Shown: positions 49,064-59,393 of the stretch, in pieces
Numbering within the stretch: position 1 is the first letter of the stretch
Layout: each line of letters opens with the position of its first letter
From: Candidatus Sumerlaeaceae bacterium
GTDB lineage: Bacteria > Sumerlaeota > Sumerlaeia > Sumerlaeales > Sumerlaeaceae
Reading direction: 5' to 3'
Length of the DNA stretch: 64,000 nt
Assembly (NCBI GenBank): GCA_051003195.1
Contig: JBPCLP010000041.1
Coordinates: 1,997 to 65,996, forward strand
Made by a program: the position numbers and the translations under genes
Notes under the pieces: generated by a model
What the model was told of the DNA's origin: nothing
The model's database searches: none
The model's input: only the letters and a program-made list of their open reading frames with translations

Positions 49064-50128
49064 CTAATACTTCAGCAGCTTTTCAATTTCAGACACGACC
49101 CGGGATGCCCCAGGCGCAGGGACTCGGTCCGGCTTCAATTTCCACGCCGACTCTAATGCCCGGCTCCAATTGCCAGTGATAAAGTCGCGGGTCGAGATCT
49201 GCACGGCGCCGCCCCAGTCCTGCAATCCTTTACGCAGCACGCGGTACTCCGCAAATTCCGGCCGAGGATAGTAAATCACGGGAGTGCCGTTAGCCATACA
49301 TTCGCCTACCGTACCGTATCCCGGCTTTGCGAGCACCGCATCCACCGAAGCAACTACGTCAGGGAAATGCCATTCGTCGGGATCAAGCTCGTGTGCTATT
49401 CCGGGCAGTGGAGTAAACGAGACAAAGGTAACATTTGGACCGCCGGCCATATCGCGAAGACGCAGGTCCTGGTCACCGAGATTTCCGAAATAGAGTAACA
49501 CCATTTTCCCACGGCTTGAAACGCCGAGTTTTGCTTCCAGCTGCTTACGAATCCTTTGGCCACGTCGTGCGATCAATCCAACGTCGAGTTGCGGCGATTG
49601 GTAGCGCATGCCAAAGGCAAGGCCGGGCCGCAGTGTGATATCCGCACACGCATATGCATCTGCGTAATGACGCAGAAGCGCCAGTCCGTCCGGGTATGTA
49701 TGTGCGGCGGACTTATAGATGTCGAGCCACGTGAAATTTGCAACGAGTACCGCAGGAATACCAGCGCGACGCGCAGCGAGTAGAGGCATCGGTGGCACGT
49801 CCGATATCACCGCGCACGCACCTTGCTGCTGCAGAAACTTTACCTCATCCTGAAGCGCGGCATATTTTTGTTCCCAGAGCAGCGCAGCATCACAGAAAGT
49901 CTGCTGCCAGTCGAGCGTCCTGTTGTCCGGCTGTACAACACCGATATCAAACCGGTCTGCGATCACCTCCAGCGGACGTCCTGCCGCTTGTCGAAAAAAC
50001 TCGGCCGGCGCTGCGCTTTTCACAAGAATGCGAATTCGTGCATCCAGTTTCGCCATCACCTGCGCCGCGCGGCTTGCGTGACCCAATCCGTGGCCGCTCA
50101 CATAGTAGCATACGGTGGGTCGCGTCAT
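49064..50128 (-). CDS. GT-B fold protein (similar to the N-terminal domain of L-arabinokinase)
   Basis: YYVSGHGLGHASR, DIGVVQ, ANFTW..IY, DAVLAKPGYGT..EC, R..FAE. ATG overlaps the upstream stop. Confidence 0.75.
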   Translation of the reverse strand: MTRPTVCYYVSGHGLGHASRAAQVMAKLDARIRILVKSAAPAEFFRQAAGRPLEVIADRFDIGVVQPDNRTLDWQQTFCDAALLWEQKYAALQDEVKFLQQQGACAVISDVPPMPLLAARRAGIPAVLVANFTWLDIYKSAAHTYPDGLALLRHYADAYACADITLRPGLAFGMRYQSPQLDVGLIARRGQRIRKQLEAKLGVSSRGKMVLLYFGNLGDQDLRLRDMAGGPNVTFVSFTPLPGIAHELDPDEWHFPDVVASVDAVLAKPGYGTVGECMANGTPVIYYPRPEFAEYRVLRKGLQDWGGAVQISTRDFITGNWSRALESAWKLKPDRVPAPGASRVVSEIEKLLKY

Positions 50129-51039
50129 GTGCGCACAGGCTGTCTGTTCGTGATGATGACGCCCGCGAGAACGATGGCTCCGCCTAGCAGTACACGCCAC
50201 CCCGGCGGCTCCCAGATAGCCGCGAAGGCCACGCCGAAAAGCGGCACGAGGAAAACCATAGAGGATACCCGCACGGCATCCAGCTCGTCGAGGGCCTTAT
50301 ACCATACGAAATAACCGAACACCGTCGGCAACAGTATCAGGTAGGCGATGGCCAGCCAGAATGTTGCTGGCAGGCGGGCGAATTCGCGCAGTAAATTCCC
50401 GTGCACGAGGGGAAGGGGCAGTATCGGCACAATCCCCAGCATCAGGGACAGGGCGGTTACGGTCAGTGGTTTGTATCCGGACAGCAGTTGCTTGCCTGTA
50501 ATCGTTGAGAGACTCCATGCGAGTGGCGCACCCGCGGTAAGAAGGAGATGCGTCAGGTCGTAAGAATAAACGGATTCATTTTTGTCCGCATGCAAACCTG
50601 GAATCGAAATATAGATCAGGCCCACCAGCGATAACAGCGTTCCGATTACTTTGGGCGCGGTTACTTTTTCGTGAAGCCAAATGGCAGCCATCACAAATGT
50701 CATGCTGGGGCCAATCCCAATGACCAGCGACGCGACGCCTGCCGGCACACGCTCCTCCCCGGTGATCAAAAAGAAGTTATATACCAGCGTCGTCAGTGCG
50801 CCGACCGCAAAAGTTGCGAACCAGTGCTCGCGCAAGAGTTGCTTCACTTCAGTCCCGCGGCTCCAGAGGAGCGGTGCGAAACAAAGCGCAGAGGGCACGA
50901 ATCGCAGCCACATAATATCCCAGGCGCTAATACCATGCGCCAGCCGAATGAAGTTGATGTGCCGCAATACCAGGAACACCGCGCCCCAGGTAGCCAGGGC
51001 TGCGAAGATCAAGACGTAAAGTACGAGCTTTGAATGCAT
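50125..51039 (-). CDS. DMT/EamA family transporter
   Basis: WGAVF, WLRF, GVASL, LHEKV, FGYFVWYKAL, LVPLFG; about 10 TMs. Confidence 0.88.
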   Translation of the reverse strand: MHSKLVLYVLIFAALATWGAVFLVLRHINFIRLAHGISAWDIMWLRFVPSALCFAPLLWSRGTEVKQLLREHWFATFAVGALTTLVYNFFLITGEERVPAGVASLVIGIGPSMTFVMAAIWLHEKVTAPKVIGTLLSLVGLIYISIPGLHADKNESVYSYDLTHLLLTAGAPLAWSLSTITGKQLLSGYKPLTVTALSLMLGIVPILPLPLVHGNLLREFARLPATFWLAIAYLILLPTVFGYFVWYKALDELDAVRVSSMVFLVPLFGVAFAAIWEPPGWRVLLGGAIVLAGVIITNRQPVRT

Positions 51040-51145
51040 CGGCCCACAAGACATTCGCAACGGATTGCTAACGCCACAGGAAAACTGCGGTGTACCTGCT
51101 GCCGTTTTCACTGGCAAACCGCAGACCCTGCCTTAGAACGTTTGA

Positions 51146-52351
51146 ATGCCGCCGCTGCTGAACTCTAACCGCATCATTGCGCTGATGTCGGGCACGAGCG
51201 TCGATTCGATTGATGCCGTGCTTTGCGAAATCGGACAGCGCACTCAGGAGCGACTTGGGGCGGAGGTGCTTGCGTTTCACGAGCACCCTATATCTGCCGC
51301 GCTGCGCGAACGGATTTTTGAGGCGTTCGCCGATGGTACTGGTTCGCTATCGCTATCCTGCTCTCTGAACTTTGAAATCGGTGCAGCGTTCGCCGAAGCT
51401 GCCGAATGTCTGATCTCGAAAGCCGCTGTGAAGCGAACCAGCGTCGCTGCCATTGCGTCGCACGGGCAGACACTGTATCATATCGCGCCGCACATGGCTG
51501 CTGGCGCTGCAAATCATTCTGCATCGACGTTACAGGTCGGCGAATCCGCTGTAATTGCGGAACGTACGGGCCTCCGCGTGGTTGCGGATTTTCGCGTTGC
51601 CGACATGGCAGCGGGAGGAAATGGCGCACCGCTGGTACCATTCGCCGATTATCATCTTTTCAGCCGGGCGGGCACCGGAGTGATCGTGCACAATATGGGT
51701 GGCATCGCAAACTGCACCTACCTGCCGGCTAGCGGAAAGCTAAACGAAGTCATCGCTTTTGATACTGGGCCGGGTAACATGATCATGGATGCACTGGTTC
51801 AACACTTCTATCCGGGTGAGACCTACGACGTAAATGGAGAGCATGCCGCGGCCGGGACTGTGCTGGAAGACCTGCTTTGCGACTGGATGGCGCTGCCATA
51901 CATCAATGCTCCTCCGCCTAAAAGCACGGGGCGCGAATTGTTTGGTGTGCAATTCGCCCAGCGCGCACTGCAGGAGCACGGACGTGCCGCGGCCAATGAC
52001 CTAATTGCCACCGCAAATGCATTCACGGCACGTTCGTTTGCGCAAAATTTACAGCAGTTCGTGCTGCCCGGCGGGGCTGTTGCAGAGATACTGCTCGGTG
52101 GTGGGGGAGCATTGAACCTAAATCTGAAGTCGCGTATCACCGATGAGATACGTTTAGTTTCACCGGCGACCCGCGTTGCTTGTCTCGACGAGACCGGTAT
52201 CTCGAGCAAGGAGCGCGAGTGTGTCGCGTTTGCCTTGCTTGGGTATGCACGGCTGCACAATATTCCTGCCAACGTGCCCTCTGCCACCGGCGCAAAGCAC
52301 CCGGCACTGTTGGGTAAAATCAGTGACCCGCCCCCGCGCACAAACGGTTGA
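51146..52351 (+). CDS. anmK: Anhydro-N-acetylmuramic acid kinase
   Basis: LMSGTSVDSID, SHGQT, DFRVADMAAGGNGAPLVP, GGIAN, FDTGPGN, PKSTGRE, PSATGA. Confidence 0.95.
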   Translation: MPPLLNSNRIIALMSGTSVDSIDAVLCEIGQRTQERLGAEVLAFHEHPISAALRERIFEAFADGTGSLSLSCSLNFEIGAAFAEAAECLISKAAVKRTSVAAIASHGQTLYHIAPHMAAGAANHSASTLQVGESAVIAERTGLRVVADFRVADMAAGGNGAPLVPFADYHLFSRAGTGVIVHNMGGIANCTYLPASGKLNEVIAFDTGPGNMIMDALVQHFYPGETYDVNGEHAAAGTVLEDLLCDWMALPYINAPPPKSTGRELFGVQFAQRALQEHGRAAANDLIATANAFTARSFAQNLQQFVLPGGAVAEILLGGGGALNLNLKSRITDEIRLVSPATRVACLDETGISSKERECVAFALLGYARLHNIPANVPSATGAKHPALLGKISDPPPRTNG

Positions 52352-52382
52352 TTGTGACGTTCGAGGCTTGAACGCTTCTGCC

Positions 52383-52820
52383 ATGATGAAACCTATACTG
52401 GTTCTGAATGGCGCCAACCTTAATATGCTCGGCAAGCGCGAGCCGGACGTTTACGGCACGGCGTCACTTCAGGATATCGAAAAAACTTTGATCGAACGCG
52501 CTCGGAAACTTGGCGCTGAACTGGAATTCTTCCAGAGTAATATCGAAGGCGAGTTAATCAACCGCATGCACAAGGCTATGGGTAACGTGCACGCCATTAT
52601 CCTGAATCCGGGCGCATACACACACACCAGCGTCGCCCTGCGCGATGCCGTTTCGGCCATTGCTCCAACACGCGTCATCGAGGTTCACCTCTCCAACGTG
52701 TATGCGCGCCCGGATGTTTTTCGCCACACCAGCCTCACTGCCCCCGTTTGTGTCGGCCAGATCAGCGGCTTTGGTGCATTTTCGTACGTGCTGGCTCTGG
52801 AAGCTGCCATGCAACTCTAG
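52383..52820 (+). CDS. aroQ: Type II 3-dehydroquinate dehydratase
   Basis: LNGANLNMLGKREPDVYG, FQSNIEG, NPGAYTHTSVALRDA, EVHLSN. Confidence 0.95.
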   Translation: MMKPILVLNGANLNMLGKREPDVYGTASLQDIEKTLIERARKLGAELEFFQSNIEGELINRMHKAMGNVHAIILNPGAYTHTSVALRDAVSAIAPTRVIEVHLSNVYARPDVFRHTSLTAPVCVGQISGFGAFSYVLALEAAMQL

Positions 52821-52916
52821 TGTGCCGAATCCGGTGTTCCTTACCAGACCAGAGGGCAGACTTTATCTCGATTCGGCACACAGAACAGATTACAAACCGA
52901 CGGTAGACCACTCTAG
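52817..52916. mobile_element. ~100-bp MITE-like repeat, copy 6
   Basis: CTAG-TGTGCCGAATC...GATTCGGCACACAGAAC...CGGTAGACCACT-CTAG. The left CTAG contains the aroQ TAG stop. Confidence 0.8.
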
Positions 52917-52988
52917 CCTTACGAATGAAAGAGGCACGGCCACTGATCGCGAAGTGGTGCGGATCTTGCTGCCTATCCAAATCAGGTA

Positions 52989-53180
52989 TTGACGAGTAAT
53001 CACTCTTGTCACACTATTGCTGAGTAACTTTCACTTTTGCCGGGCCGGCATTATTACAAAATGCCTGCCTGGGAAAAGTGAGAACTGGAGTCGAAATGGT
53101 TCTCATTTGCCGAGAAGTAACTAGTCGGGTGCCGCGTGCGCGCGATCTTTCACGTCCTTGTGCAGTTTGTGCAAACTGCA
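52989..53180 (+). promoter_or_regulatory. Putative promoter and structured leader of the 53198 gene
   Basis: TTGACG-17nt-CACTAT (weak -10), ~22-bp imperfect stem 53031-53081, dyad TGCAGTTTG-TG-CAAACTGCA 53161-53180. Confidence 0.35.
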
Positions 53181-53197
53181 TGGCCGGGCGTCGTTAA

Positions 53198-54169
53198 ATG
53201 TTTCTAAATTTGAGCGAAACACGCATTATAGCAAATGATCCGCAATGGGACGGCGCTGATCTTTGGGTATGTGACGTTCGCCAGGGTGACGCATATCCTG
53301 TTGGCATCTCGACCGCTGATCGTATTACGGTGGTCCCTGGCCGTGACAACCTATTTGCGGTCGTGCATCATTACTACGGAGAGCAGGTCGTCATATCGGC
53401 ACATTCCATGGATGAGCCGACGTACGTTCTCTCGCATATCAACATTCGTGGGACAAGCTACCGGTTTACCGGTAACGAAGAAGTGTGGCGAAAATTGCCA
53501 CGAGCTTTCGTCGCATATTATACTGCAGACCGCCTGTCCGATGCGGATCACCATCTAATCCTGGTGAACAGCGTCGATCGCACCGTCATGATCCGGAAAT
53601 TTCCTTCGTTCTACGAAGGTGGGATGGAATTGAAGGACCGTGTTTCTGGCATGATCGAAGTGCCTCGTCAAAGCGCTGTGCTAATTGAAGAGGGCCGCGA
53701 CGAGCGTCCTCTCCTCCTTTTCAATACTCGAAAGCACAAAGTGAACCAGCGGCTGAACCTGAAGATGAAGCCGGATACGAATCGCTGCTATCGTTTCCGG
53801 GAGCATGCCCAGGAATTGTGGGTTAGCGACCCCGATCGTCTCGTAAAGCTTACACCAAATCTGCTCGGCGACTGGTCAATCAAGGCGAACGTACGGCTAC
53901 AGTTGATGGATACCACCGGTGGGCGTTTTACCGGCGAGTTCACTTTCAATGCAGACGAGTCGCTGTGCATCGCGGCGCGGCCCTATATTGGGGATGCGCT
54001 GCTGATCGATACGCACAAGTTCGAGATCATGAACAAGGTTTACCTGGAAGCCAGGGTGAAGAGTATTCTTTTACTTAATGATGGCCGCGTCGTAGCACGC
54101 GATTGGTTCACAGGCAAGCTGGTACAGTCCCACGTGCATGCGCATCATATAATGGCGGCTGTCGGGTAG
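53198..54169 (+). CDS. Hypothetical protein, probable beta-propeller
   Basis: 323-aa ORF with repeated short beta-strand patterns (FTFNADES.CIAARP..GD..LID). Confidence 0.65.
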   Translation: MFLNLSETRIIANDPQWDGADLWVCDVRQGDAYPVGISTADRITVVPGRDNLFAVVHHYYGEQVVISAHSMDEPTYVLSHINIRGTSYRFTGNEEVWRKLPRAFVAYYTADRLSDADHHLILVNSVDRTVMIRKFPSFYEGGMELKDRVSGMIEVPRQSAVLIEEGRDERPLLLFNTRKHKVNQRLNLKMKPDTNRCYRFREHAQELWVSDPDRLVKLTPNLLGDWSIKANVRLQLMDTTGGRFTGEFTFNADESLCIAARPYIGDALLIDTHKFEIMNKVYLEARVKSILLLNDGRVVARDWFTGKLVQSHVHAHHIMAAVG

Positions 54170-54173
54170 CTTA

Positions 54174-54938
54174 TCAGCGTGCAGAAGGCGGGGCGTAAGG
54201 CCTTCGACCGGCAGGCCAGATCGGCGCTTCAGGCTCCATGGCTGATTCCTGCCGGGCGGTCAGTGTGCTTGTGCTCAGATCCACGTTTTTAAACGAGACG
54301 CTGGCGGCATTGGTGAAGAATGCGCCGGCGACCTTATCGCGACGCCGGTGCAATGGCGGATCCACTTTCACCGCGAGCGTTCCTGTCGTACCGTCTGCCG
54401 CACTCAGGTTCGTCCCATAATGTCGAAATTGAGGATCCCAGGTCTCGGTAAGTGTGAGCGAAGTATCTTTTCCGCGGCTGTCTGTAAGAGTTGCTGAGAC
54501 TTTGCATCCCCCAAGAAGCCACCGGTTACCTGCGTCCTGAACGATGACCGCCAGGTAGTGTGTGTCTGTAGCCGACGGCTTACGCCATGAAAGCATGCTG
54601 CCATCAAAGTCGTAATACCCTGTTGGTGCAGTCAGCGCATACCCAATCCGCAAATCTGCGTCCGCAGCAATTTCGAAGTACCTGGATGCCTGTTCAGCCT
54701 CTTCCATCTCATCGGTAGGCTTCATCCGTGTTGCGCGCGTCGAACTTGTGGCGGCGGCACTCGTACTCGTTTGATCGGTGCGTGACCGCGCGCTCACCGC
54801 TACGGTGGTGGAGAGAGTTGCAGTTGGCGTTGCATGGCTGGACCGGCGCGCGCGCGGCGACTCAGTTTGTGCAGACACCTGGAACCACATCAGCGAAAGC
54901 GCCGTTGCGGCTATGCACCTCACGAAAATCGCCTTCAT
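54174..54938 (-). CDS. Exported protein with P19/Tp34 iron-transporter-like domain
   Basis: Signal peptide, S/T/R-rich linker, W.P...HYG.N and V.V.PP..R.D...G..F motifs. Confidence 0.55.
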   Translation of the reverse strand: MKAIFVRCIAATALSLMWFQVSAQTESPRARRSSHATPTATLSTTVAVSARSRTDQTSTSAAATSSTRATRMKPTDEMEEAEQASRYFEIAADADLRIGYALTAPTGYYDFDGSMLSWRKPSATDTHYLAVIVQDAGNRWLLGGCKVSATLTDSRGKDTSLTLTETWDPQFRHYGTNLSAADGTTGTLAVKVDPPLHRRRDKVAGAFFTNAASVSFKNVDLSTSTLTARQESAMEPEAPIWPAGRRPYAPPSAR

Positions 54939-54942
54939 TGGG

Positions 54943-56271
<1,329 letters not shown>

Positions 56272-56332
56272 TCAGAGCTGAAGGTGAATGCCGCACGTGG
56301 CGATGCAAGGGCAAATGAAAGCGCGGAAGCAC

Positions 56333-57946
56333 TCAGCCTTGCGGGGCCAGCATTATCAGCCAATTCCCAGCGGAGAATTGCACGTAATTTCGGCGGATGG
56401 CCTCTCGTACCCGGGTGTCAAAGATGGCAATGTCATGATAGACCGGCGGGCGAACAAACGAAGGATTCACCACGATCAGCCTGAAAGTTTTCGTTTCGAT
56501 CCTTTTCACAAGCTGATCGAGAGATACCATCCCAAGCTCAGCAAGCCGCAAAACTTGAAGTGGCTCGACGTAGGGATGATAAGCACCCGTGCGCAATGCG
56601 GTCAAGGGATCCAAACAGAGTACCGCATCCGAACCAAATTTTCGCACGGCATTGCGCGCTGCCGCAATTTCAGCCTTCCAAGGCGCCGGCAGCTCGTTCG
56701 TCTGAAGAACTGCGTCGCGGGCGTTATGTGCAAGCGACCCGGCAAGCATCAGGCCCATAACCATTACAGCGATCCAGTACCGCCGCTTGATAGCTGCAGG
56801 TCCATCGCCGGGAAGTAAAACGTCCGCCTTCCATGTGCGGCTTAGACCGTGAGCCGTTTTTGCCAAAGCGAATCCGAACAGCGCAATGGAGCCAAGCAGG
56901 TAATCTACATTGCTGCCCTGCTTCATCATGAAAAGGCACTCCAGAAAAGCCGTGGCGAGCACTGCTCGGAAAACTACAATACTGCGCGACAGCAACAGCG
57001 AAATCATCCCAAATACAATCAGCAACGGAGAGAGAGTCGGATGAAAGGTTAGGCTGCTGAACAAGTACTCCAGCCTGAATCGGAACGCCGCGGACGACTT
57101 TACGGCGTTCAGGTACCATAATCCCTGCGTGGCTGCGTTGAGTGCAAAGCTCGTACTTAAAATAAACACCGCCGAAAGGACCAGGGGCACCATCGCACGT
57201 CGCAATCGCGTTCGTTGGTTTGCAGAGACATGGCCAGTCCTGCCCGCAGACGCTTCAAACAGAAACGCAACAACCCCCGGAATCATCGTCGGCTTGAAAT
57301 GAAATGCAGCGGTCCAGAGCAGGGCTTGTGCTGTCGCGTATACAATCGGATTGCCGCGCGACCGGGTCTCATTGCGCGCCAACAGAACAGTTCGCCCGAC
57401 ACACCACCCTGCCAGGCTAAGTGCCACTGCAGGGAAATCGGGTGCAAACTGCGCCGCCCAGCGAAGCGGATAGGCTGCCCACAGCAATGGAAGCGCGGCT
57501 ATCACCGCATATCGAGCAGGCAAATCCTCCTGCCGAAGTAAGCGCCAGTACAGAATCAGAATGATTACAAGCGACAGCAACGACACGAGACGTCCCAGGA
57601 ACAGAACATTCATGGCGTCCCGCCAGCCCACGCTGCGCGCAACAATGCCCGGGAGCCAGTACTCCAGCACGCCGTAGGGGAGTGGGATGATTGGATATCC
57701 AATTCGGAAATCGGTAAGCATCGCTGTTCCAGCTGCTACGCGCATTCCCGCGGCGATAGCCTGCGGTTCCGAAATAGAGAGCACTTGTGGCAGCAATATC
57801 GCGCGGTGCAGCGAAAGCAGCGCACATCCCACGTACCACCCCGACAGCGCGACGATCGCAAGCATACATGCCGCTAAGCCCGTCCGCACGATTCGCGGCA
57901 CCGTGACACTATCGTTCACTTCGGAATGTGTAACAGGAGAATCCAC
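56333..57946 (-). CDS. Multi-TM hypothetical protein, GT-C/ArnT-like topology
   Basis: PYG.L.Y, GRLVSL, PDF.A, FK motifs, about 12 hydrophobic segments and a soluble C-terminal domain. Confidence 0.62.
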   Translation of the reverse strand: MDSPVTHSEVNDSVTVPRIVRTGLAACMLAIVALSGWYVGCALLSLHRAILLPQVLSISEPQAIAAGMRVAAGTAMLTDFRIGYPIIPLPYGVLEYWLPGIVARSVGWRDAMNVLFLGRLVSLLSLVIILILYWRLLRQEDLPARYAVIAALPLLWAAYPLRWAAQFAPDFPAVALSLAGWCVGRTVLLARNETRSRGNPIVYATAQALLWTAAFHFKPTMIPGVVAFLFEASAGRTGHVSANQRTRLRRAMVPLVLSAVFILSTSFALNAATQGLWYLNAVKSSAAFRFRLEYLFSSLTFHPTLSPLLIVFGMISLLLSRSIVVFRAVLATAFLECLFMMKQGSNVDYLLGSIALFGFALAKTAHGLSRTWKADVLLPGDGPAAIKRRYWIAVMVMGLMLAGSLAHNARDAVLQTNELPAPWKAEIAAARNAVRKFGSDAVLCLDPLTALRTGAYHPYVEPLQVLRLAELGMVSLDQLVKRIETKTFRLIVVNPSFVRPPVYHDIAIFDTRVREAIRRNYVQFSAGNWLIMLAPQG

Positions 57947-58013
57947 ATTACTAAATTTGCGGCGGTTTTATTGCATTGCAAGCGGTGCCGCTGATCAGCG
58001 AACCAATACACGC

Positions 58014-58190
58014 TTAAAACAGTATCGGAGCTGATGGCAGCGGGGACGCCAACTCGCGTGCATATGCCAGGAACGACTCAGTGACATCGAAGTTTTCGGC
58101 GTCGATGAATTCCCGCGGCAGGCTGCGCACACGTCCAATCACATCTCCCAGGGGAATCAGATCAGTGGAAGGAGCTCCGCCATCCAGACG
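58014..58190 (-). pseudogene. 3' remnant resembling the C-terminus of a (PPi-type) 6-phosphofructokinase
   Basis: Manual translation: ..LDGGAPSTDLIPLGDVIGRVRSLPREFIDAENFDVTESFLAYARELASPLPSAPILF*. No ATG, and an in-frame TGA at 58239 lies upstream. Confidence 0.55.
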
Positions 58191-58226
58191 CGTCCCGCGA
58201 GTTGCAACAGTTTCTGCGGTTGGAGG

Positions 58227-58328
58227 CTTTTCAAGTTTTCAAGTTTTTTTCAAGTTTGGAGCGTAGAAGCTTGAAAGGCTTGCAGATAAATCAAGTTGGC
58301 GAAAATGGGTAATTTCGCCACTTGAAAA
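58227..58328. repeat. Cluster of TTTTCAAG/CTTGAAA motifs
   Basis: TTTTCAAG x3 in near-tandem (58228-58254), inverted copies CTTGAAA at ~58270 and 58321, variant AATCAAG ~58289. Confidence 0.55.
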
Positions 58329-58753
58329 ACGGTAATCCTCGCGTAAGAATTCGCGGGGGCCGTGGATTTCCGGCTTCCTTGCGCGATGGGCGGCCTTTTT
58401 CCGCCAGACGCATGGACGCAAAATGCCACGCGGATTGGGCGGAGAAGTCCCTTTGCGGTCGATCGCGGCGTTCGGGCTGCATAGAATTATCAATGAACAC
58501 GTTCAGCTTTACTACGCGGGCAGGTATACACCAGTTGGGGGTGCGCGCCTATTCCCTGGCGTCACCTTAGGGTGGGCTAAGTCCAATAAAGTCGAAAAAG
58601 ATTTTTGGGTGAATGTGCGCTGGTGGGTGCCGGCAACTGCGGAGGAGGGCCGTTGCTCGACGTGCGATGCTGATGAGAGCTTCCGTGAGAAAGATTGATC
58701 GTCGAGCGTCGCAGAAGGGACGGTCGCCCGCGTCGGCGTCCCCGTAACTTCCG

Positions 58754-59194
58754 TTATTCACTGATGTTCCCTTGCATGTGAAGCAAGCTGTTGCGCTCGA
58801 GCTGATCTGCCTCTTTTCTTGCCGTGCTCCACCGATATGTGTTTTGTCCGTCTTCCACTGCCTTGCTTAAGCGAGCCATCGCAACCATGTATGCAATTTG
58901 CTGCGGCCACACATGGCCGGATACCTCCGGTATTCTGTCACTGATAAATGCAACGCCCGCATAGAAACCAATGCCGGGAGGCTGTGCGGTTGCATAGACT
59001 GCACTGAGGTGATTTCGAATTAGCTCTCGCGCCGTCGGGTCAATTTGCTCCAGTGATAATAGCCCTCTGCTGATCTCAGCTGCGTAATGCGCCGGACCAA
59101 CAACTTTGAGTTCGCCCAGTTGTTGCACGCCATACTTTCGATGACATTCAATCGAGCACGCCCGCACAATAACTTGAGCCCAACGACGGAGCAT
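58754..59194 (-). CDS. Hypothetical protein (146 aa)
   Basis: ATG-start ORF with AAGG upstream in an AT-richer stretch. No recognisable motif, could be a fragment. Confidence 0.45.
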   Translation of the reverse strand: MLRRWAQVIVRACSIECHRKYGVQQLGELKVVGPAHYAAEISRGLLSLEQIDPTARELIRNHLSAVYATAQPPGIGFYAGVAFISDRIPEVSGHVWPQQIAYMVAMARLSKAVEDGQNTYRWSTARKEADQLERNSLLHMQGNISE

Positions 59195-59393
59195 AACAAA
59201 ACCTTTAATATATGGATGTGTAGCTACAAGTTCCCCGGCTCACTCGAATAATATACAAGCTTCACCCAGGAAACCATGGTGGAAGTAAATTCCTCAACCG
59301 TTCCCACCCCACGATTTTCATCGTGACATGCACCAGCGCGCAGGCGGGGCTGTGAGCCCGGCTCGTTGACTAAAAACAGGAGATCGAAATTCC

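Noticed and set aside
16893-52916. CRISPR array or integron attC interpretation of the 100-bp repeats
   Set aside because: Copies are dispersed rather than regularly spaced, lack RYYYAAC/GTTRRRY ends, flank housekeeping genes, and no cas or intI gene is present.
58668-58695. Hammerhead-like CTGATGA...GAAA
   Set aside because: The intervening GAGCTTCCGTGA cannot form stem II, and no stems I/III are evident.
57950-58750. tmRNA, RNase P or SRP RNA in the long intergenic gap
   Set aside because: I found no GAGGAAAGTCC, tRNA-like ends or SRP helix-8 motif on either strand.
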